The position numbers and the translations under genes were made by a program. A stretch of DNA of 45,752 nucleotides from an uncultured Pirellulaceae bacterium (GTDB lineage: Bacteria; Planctomycetota; Planctomycetia; Pirellulales; Pirellulaceae): assembly GCA_964408465.1 (NCBI GenBank), contig CAYOZV010000009.1, positions 1 to 45,752 of the forward strand, read 5' to 3'. Under the pieces are notes generated by a model that had not been told where the DNA came from, did not search any database, and saw nothing but the letters and a program-made list of their open reading frames with translations. Below, piece by piece: positions 39,788-45,752 of the stretch; position 1 is the first letter of the stretch; each line of letters opens with the position of its first letter.

Positions 39788-41170
39788 CTAAACATTATCG
39801 GCCGTCGGATGAACCCACGGCTGGCGATAGTCTCGCGCCAATAATTTTGTGGCGTCATCATCATTGATCGGTCGGCCCGTTTCTTGATCGAGGGTCAGAG
39901 TACGGCCAAGTTCCATCGCATTGTTGGCCAGCACGCACGCCGAGGAGGAGATATGCCCTTCCAAAATATCAGCGACCGGTTTCTCACGAGTTTTTACCGC
40001 GTCAAAAAAGTTCTTTAGGTGGCGACGTGTGGCGCCGAGCGTTGCCAAGTCGTATCGCTGTTCGGCCTTCTCCAACTCAGATACCTCTTCGACCAGAAAC
40101 TTACCACGTTCGGGTTTTTCGTCGCTCCACTGTGATGGGATGAAATCGTATTTTTGCAAATTCATTTTCAGCGTTCCTTGAGAACCAAAAATCGACATCG
40201 CCCAAGGATAGTCTTTCTCCACAGGATTGCCCCAAGCGCGATTGGTCCAAACCACATCCATGCCCGGATACTTAAACAGCGCGTCTTGTGTGTCAGGAAT
40301 GTTGGAAATGTTTTCGGTGTCCACAAATTCGCCGCCGGTGCAAGCGACTTGCTCTGGCCAACCCAGATCTAAAAAATACCTCGCCAAATCGAAAAAGTGA
40401 ACGCATAAATCTCCGATCGCCCCATTGCCGTATTCCTGGAAAGCTCGCCAACGCACCGGCGTCATTTTTTCATAGTAGGGACGCATCGGGGCAGGACCTG
40501 TCCACGCCTCATAGTCCAAGTGTTCCGGCGGTTGGACAACTTTATCTTTCAAGTTATGTCTGCCACCGAAGTAGCTGTGAATCTCGACGCGTCCGATCTT
40601 TCCAATGCGGCCAGTGGTGAGATACTTGTCGCGCGCTTCAAGCAAATGCGGCGTGCTACGGCGCTGCGTGCCGACCTGTACCACGCGGTCATACTTTCGT
40701 GCGGCGGCCACCATCGCTTCGCCCTCGATGAAATCAACGCCGATCGGTTTTTGCACGTAGACATCACATCCCGCTTTGCAGGCTTCGATCATCGGCAAGG
40801 CGTGCCAATGGTCCGGCGTTCCCACGATCGCAATGTCAAGATTTTGGTCCGCCAAAAGTTTTTGGTAATCGGCGTATAACGCCGGTTCCTTGCCAGACCG
40901 TTGACGCTCGGCGGTGAGTTTTGCCGCTTGGGAAAGCATCTTTTTATCGACATCGCACAATCCAACAACGTCCACTTCGTCTCGGGCCACGGCCAACAAA
41001 CGAAAAAGGTCGACTTTGCCATACCAGCCCGTTCCGATCAGACCCACTCGGTATTTTTTCGCTTCGTCGAAAGTGTGGACGGCTCTGGCTGCTTTGGGCA
41101 AAGCTAGAAGTCCGGCGGTCACACCTGCAGTTGTCGCCGCTGAGGTTGAGAGAAATTTTCGGCGTTGCAT
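39788..41170 (-). CDS. Tat-exported Gfo/Idh/MocA oxidoreductase
   Basis: RRKFL Tat motif; GLIGTGWYG, GTPDHWH, DVYVQKP, QVGTQRRS and GDLCVH motifs. Confidence 0.93.
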   Translation of the reverse strand: MQRRKFLSTSAATTAGVTAGLLALPKAARAVHTFDEAKKYRVGLIGTGWYGKVDLFRLLAVARDEVDVVGLCDVDKKMLSQAAKLTAERQRSGKEPALYADYQKLLADQNLDIAIVGTPDHWHALPMIEACKAGCDVYVQKPIGVDFIEGEAMVAAARKYDRVVQVGTQRRSTPHLLEARDKYLTTGRIGKIGRVEIHSYFGGRHNLKDKVVQPPEHLDYEAWTGPAPMRPYYEKMTPVRWRAFQEYGNGAIGDLCVHFFDLARYFLDLGWPEQVACTGGEFVDTENISNIPDTQDALFKYPGMDVVWTNRAWGNPVEKDYPWAMSIFGSQGTLKMNLQKYDFIPSQWSDEKPERGKFLVEEVSELEKAEQRYDLATLGATRRHLKNFFDAVKTREKPVADILEGHISSSACVLANNAMELGRTLTLDQETGRPINDDDATKLLARDYRQPWVHPTADNV

Positions 41171-41390
41171 GATTGCTTTCTTAAGGGGTTGCATGAAGGT
41201 GGAGGTGAACCAAGTCTATTTGTCGCCTGCTACGCCGCCCAATGCAAGCGATTTCGATTAAGTTATTGGCGGTTGGATGCTTTTTGTTTTACGATGAATC
41301 CTCACTCGCGGCGTATTTTAGTCGCGCATTGGAGGCGTTTCAACTTGGTTTAACTTTGGCCCATCCTAGATTAAGTATTGAAAAAACGTC

Positions 41391-44147
41391 ATGAAAAAAT
41401 CAGAAGATTTTTCGGTCAGGGAGTCGCTTGACCGACGAAAGTTTTTGGCGGCATCGGCGGCATCGGCGGCAGTCGTCGCGATGAACGGGCGATCGGTCCG
41501 AGCCGATGCTGTTTCAGGTAAATCCCTTTTGCCAACCGAGAAAGCCCTGCAGTCCTGCGGCGAAGATGGGCTGTACCTTGGCCATCAGTGGCAAAGCCTA
41601 AATCCTGGCTACTGGCAGATCAAAGACGCCGTGCTCCGGCGCCGACTTGAAAACTACGGAGACCGTGCGCGGCGGATAGGGTTTCCTTTTCACGGTCAAA
41701 CGCATGGCTTCGACTACCAGACGGAGTACGATCCTTCATTGCCGTTGGGCATCGCGTACCGGCCGCAATGGTTTTTAGAAGGACGATACGAAGTGGAGGC
41801 TGAGTTTACGTTTCACGCCCCGCGGATAGGGCCAAAAACCGGCGATGATCAAACATGGAATATGTATCAAGACGGTCACGGTGTCATGGGCGTGGCGCTC
41901 GGTGGGCAGAACCTGTTGGAGAGCTTTCATTCAATCAGAAATGCCATCGTTGTCGGGTGGACTGACGCGGACCGTTTGGAAATCATCCTTCCGTCGCACA
42001 AAGGTGGCTACGTCCGCCAACGTATTAAACTGCCCGAACAAAATTCAATTGGCGTCGATTCGTTAAAGCTGAAGCCAGGCGATCAGTGCAAGCTTTCTAT
42101 CATTGTCACCCCCGATGGAGAGAAGGGCGCGCAGATCAAGGCGACACTTTCCGCCAATGGTGCATCGACGGCGCTGACTCATGTCGTCGATCGCAAACAC
42201 ACAATTGGCTATTTGGGTGCGGCCGGACGCGGGCTGATTGATTTTAGCGTCAATCAGTTGAGCGTAAAATCGACCGAATCAAAGCCGCGCAATGTAGGTG
42301 TGGCGGATTGCTATTCTTGCTACCCGTTGGGCGATACGCTGAGGCTGGAGGACGGGCATTGGCAAGTCAAATTCGTCGGGTTGTTTGCTTCCAATGGCAA
42401 CCTTGCCCAATTGCGTGTCGCTGATTCTCCGTCGCCGGCCGGTGGCTGGGAGAGCGTGCCGGTCGCGGGTTCAGCCACCATCGTCGATAATCAGTGGCGG
42501 CGGAATACGGCCGTTTTGAATGTGCAGTTGCCGATAAATCCCAGTGAAAAGACGCTTTATTACACCGTGTGGAAAGACGGCGTTAATGTCACGGCCGACA
42601 ACCGCGTGGGCACCGATGCGTGCGGAAGGCACACCGGCCTGGTTGGCGAAGTGCCCGGGGGTGGAGATTACGTCGGCCGCCTCCCGCGATTGACGGCGCC
42701 CTATAAAATCTGTGGGTTGAGTTGTCACGCGATCAGCCGAGGCCTGCAAAAGCGCATCGAGGGCGGCTGGAAGATGGACCAGAAGGGCTGGGCGATCCGC
42801 GACCAGCCGACGGTCGAGGCCTATAAGCATTTGGATGACTACAATTTCCAAGTCATGCTGTGGGAGGACGACGTCTGGTACATGGAACTGGAATTGTATC
42901 CGCCCAGCACTGACGATGCGTACAAGATTATCACTCAGTCGATCTGCGGGCCGACCAGCCGTTGGCAGATGATGCGTCACTGGAATGTAATTAACCCCGG
43001 CGACCATGACTTTGGTATGGACGACGTGAAAGGGCCCGAGCAAATCGCGCTGCGCAATGTTGAGGGGCTGGGCCAAGACCGCGATTACATGCGTCGTAAT
43101 TTTCAAATCGTACATCATCTGGTGACCGGCGCCGAAGAGGTAGACCCGACAGCGAATTTAAAGACTTGGCGGTCATGGAAAATGCCGCAGCAGGATTTCA
43201 CGTTGGTTGTTTGTGATTCGCGTTCGTGGCGCAGCAGCCAAGACGTCGACATGTGGGACGATGCGGGGTGGGAGAAATTCAAAAGCCTTTACGATCGAAC
43301 GGATCCAACGCGCAGCCTCTTGGGAGAGAAACAGTTCGCTTGGTTGCAAGAGTTATTGGCAACGGACACGTCTTCATTGATCTGCCTGACGGGGATCAGT
43401 GGCATGCATACGATTTGGGGTGGCGATAAACGAACGCGCAGCGGCAACCATCCCAAGTACTTCGATCAGCGCGATCGCGTGGTCGCCGATTACGCCGGCT
43501 GGGTGAAGGCCGGTGCGGATCGTGTGCTGGAATTGATGGGATCGCGCGATGGAATCGTTTCGGTGTACGGCGATGTCCACAATGGTTGCCTGATGAAAAA
43601 TAAGGATCAGCGCGTCATCGAGTGCAGTTTTGGACCGATCGGACGCAGCGGCGGACGCATTGTTGTGCCTGGTTTTGGGCCACAGATGCAGGATGTCGAC
43701 GGACGCGACTTAGAAATTATCGGGCTTTACCATCAAGATTACGGCGATCCCAAATTGACGCCTCGGCCTGAGGGTGATCCTTTTTACTGGAACTTTTTGG
43801 AGATGGAATTTGATAGCCGTCCGTTAGTTTCTCAGATTGGATTACGGATACGAAACCTAGTGGATGCGCCGTCGGATGTTCCGCGTGGTGGTGGGGCGAT
43901 CGAAACGGATGTGTCAAAAACGGGGCGCCCTTTGCTGTCAAAGTTGCCAGAGTTCACAACACTGCCGTCGGCGGACGTCCGTTTTATGACCATCACGGGG
44001 CATCCCCTGCGCGGAGCGCGAACAAACAGTCGGGGTGTGCCGAAGGTAGAAGGGTTGGTAGGAGTCGAGCCGGGAACAAAAATCCTCGTGACGGCTTTCG
44101 ATGGTCAGAAAACAGATTCTCAGGTGCTGAGGACCACTTCGATTTAG
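41391..44147 (+). CDS. Tat-exported PhoD-like metallophosphoesterase with large N-terminal extension
   Basis: DRRKFL Tat motif; EDDVWY, PGDHD, DSRSWRS, LLGEKQFAWL and GDVH motifs. Confidence 0.8.
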   Translation: MKKSEDFSVRESLDRRKFLAASAASAAVVAMNGRSVRADAVSGKSLLPTEKALQSCGEDGLYLGHQWQSLNPGYWQIKDAVLRRRLENYGDRARRIGFPFHGQTHGFDYQTEYDPSLPLGIAYRPQWFLEGRYEVEAEFTFHAPRIGPKTGDDQTWNMYQDGHGVMGVALGGQNLLESFHSIRNAIVVGWTDADRLEIILPSHKGGYVRQRIKLPEQNSIGVDSLKLKPGDQCKLSIIVTPDGEKGAQIKATLSANGASTALTHVVDRKHTIGYLGAAGRGLIDFSVNQLSVKSTESKPRNVGVADCYSCYPLGDTLRLEDGHWQVKFVGLFASNGNLAQLRVADSPSPAGGWESVPVAGSATIVDNQWRRNTAVLNVQLPINPSEKTLYYTVWKDGVNVTADNRVGTDACGRHTGLVGEVPGGGDYVGRLPRLTAPYKICGLSCHAISRGLQKRIEGGWKMDQKGWAIRDQPTVEAYKHLDDYNFQVMLWEDDVWYMELELYPPSTDDAYKIITQSICGPTSRWQMMRHWNVINPGDHDFGMDDVKGPEQIALRNVEGLGQDRDYMRRNFQIVHHLVTGAEEVDPTANLKTWRSWKMPQQDFTLVVCDSRSWRSSQDVDMWDDAGWEKFKSLYDRTDPTRSLLGEKQFAWLQELLATDTSSLICLTGISGMHTIWGGDKRTRSGNHPKYFDQRDRVVADYAGWVKAGADRVLELMGSRDGIVSVYGDVHNGCLMKNKDQRVIECSFGPIGRSGGRIVVPGFGPQMQDVDGRDLEIIGLYHQDYGDPKLTPRPEGDPFYWNFLEMEFDSRPLVSQIGLRIRNLVDAPSDVPRGGGAIETDVSKTGRPLLSKLPEFTTLPSADVRFMTITGHPLRGARTNSRGVPKVEGLVGVEPGTKILVTAFDGQKTDSQVLRTTSI

Positions 44148-44160
44148 GATCGCATCACAA

Positions 44161-44247
44161 GTTTAACGATTCGCCGGCAGGCGTCGGTGTTAAACGTCGG
44201 TGTTTAAGCCGGGCCAAACGCGGTCGCCTGCCGGCATGTCGTTAAAC
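44161..44247. repeat. Palindromic REP/MITE-like element
   Basis: GTTTAACGAttcGCCGGCAGGCG is inverted to CGCCTGCCGGCatgTCGTTAAAC; located between convergent genes. Confidence 0.65.
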
Positions 44248-44327
44248 GAAAATGGCCTTCATTGAACGGTATTGCGGTTAAACACCTTGGAAATCGCCCT
44301 CGCACAGAGCCGAACGAAACCCGCACG

Positions 44328-44723
44328 CTATGCCTCTGTAAAACGCACCTTCGCCCGAGCAACGGCGACCGCTTTTTGCTTGATCTCGTTCAGTTCCGGT
44401 TTGTCGGCCGGTAACGCCAGTGCCTCATCGAGTGCCGTTTTTGCATCTTCGGCGACAATGTCCGCTTCGGCCACGCTGCTGCCGGGAAGCACCGAAACGA
44501 CGCCACCTTCAATCTGAGCAAAACCACCGTCAACGAAATACCGCTCCGTTTTGCCTTCGTTGCGGATGCGCACCGCACCGGGGCCAAGTCGACCGATCAT
44601 CGGAGCGTGACCCGGTAGGATACCTGCCTCGCCATCGATCATCGGCAGAGCAACAAATTCGGCTTGTTGATCAAGCGTCGTTTTTTCGGGCGTCACGATG
44701 ACGATTTGTAATTTGTCGGCCAT
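44328..44723 (-). CDS. atpC: F1F0 ATP synthase epsilon subunit
   Basis: IVTPE, GEAGILPGHAP and VDGGFA motifs; follows atpD. Confidence 0.97.
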   Translation of the reverse strand: MADKLQIVIVTPEKTTLDQQAEFVALPMIDGEAGILPGHAPMIGRLGPGAVRIRNEGKTERYFVDGGFAQIEGGVVSVLPGSSVAEADIVAEDAKTALDEALALPADKPELNEIKQKAVAVARAKVRFTEA

Positions 44724-44735
44724 GGGATTTACTTT

Positions 44736-44814
44736 GTAGCACGGATTTTCAATCCGTTCGGTGCATTTGGTTTTCCGCTTCAGTCATCGCAAACGGATTG
44801 AAAATCCGTGCTAC
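44736..44814. repeat. REPIN-like inverted REP doublet
   Basis: Perfect 23-bp inverted repeat GTAGCACGGATTTTCAATCCGTT ... AACGGATTGAAAATCCGTGCTAC with a 33-bp spacer; each arm is GTAG plus an internal hairpin. Confidence 0.85.
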
Positions 44815-44858
44815 GTCGCGCTACGTTAAAAGTTCAATGGGAGTGGTTGGAGAGTGAG

Positions 44859-45752
<894 letters not shown>

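Overview
Gene-dense core-chromosome segment of a planctomycete. The Pirellulaceae-like assignment is an inference from the TIGR03000-type domain, TIGR03790-type protein, Tat-exported Gfo/Idh/MocA, multiple Hanks kinases and NfeD pair. About 36 CDS are supported, including housekeeping genes (rpsT, hemD, cmoB, lpxB, mrp, accA, truA, holA, nei-like, atpC, partial atpD), a MacAB-like ABC exporter, signalling genes and several uncharacterised envelope proteins. I see no tRNA, rRNA, CRISPR, transposase or prophage; three REP/MITE-like palindromes and several intrinsic terminators are present. The best candidates for new biology are: (1) a secreted Gly/Ser/Tyr low-complexity TIGR03000 protein upstream of a translationally coupled SdpAB-like (DUF5819-like + HTTM) pair; (2) a 53-aa, 66%-lysine protein behind a densely structured ~175-nt leader; (3) a truA-kinase-accA-pseudo-ATPase enhancer-binding protein-pseudo-receiver-mrp operon facing a near-consensus sigma54 promoter that drives an unknown 79-aa protein; (4) a CmoB lacking the Cx-SAM-selecting lysine; (5) an aspartate-less PhoB-like regulator. 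Family calls come from motifs read by eye, not from database searches.
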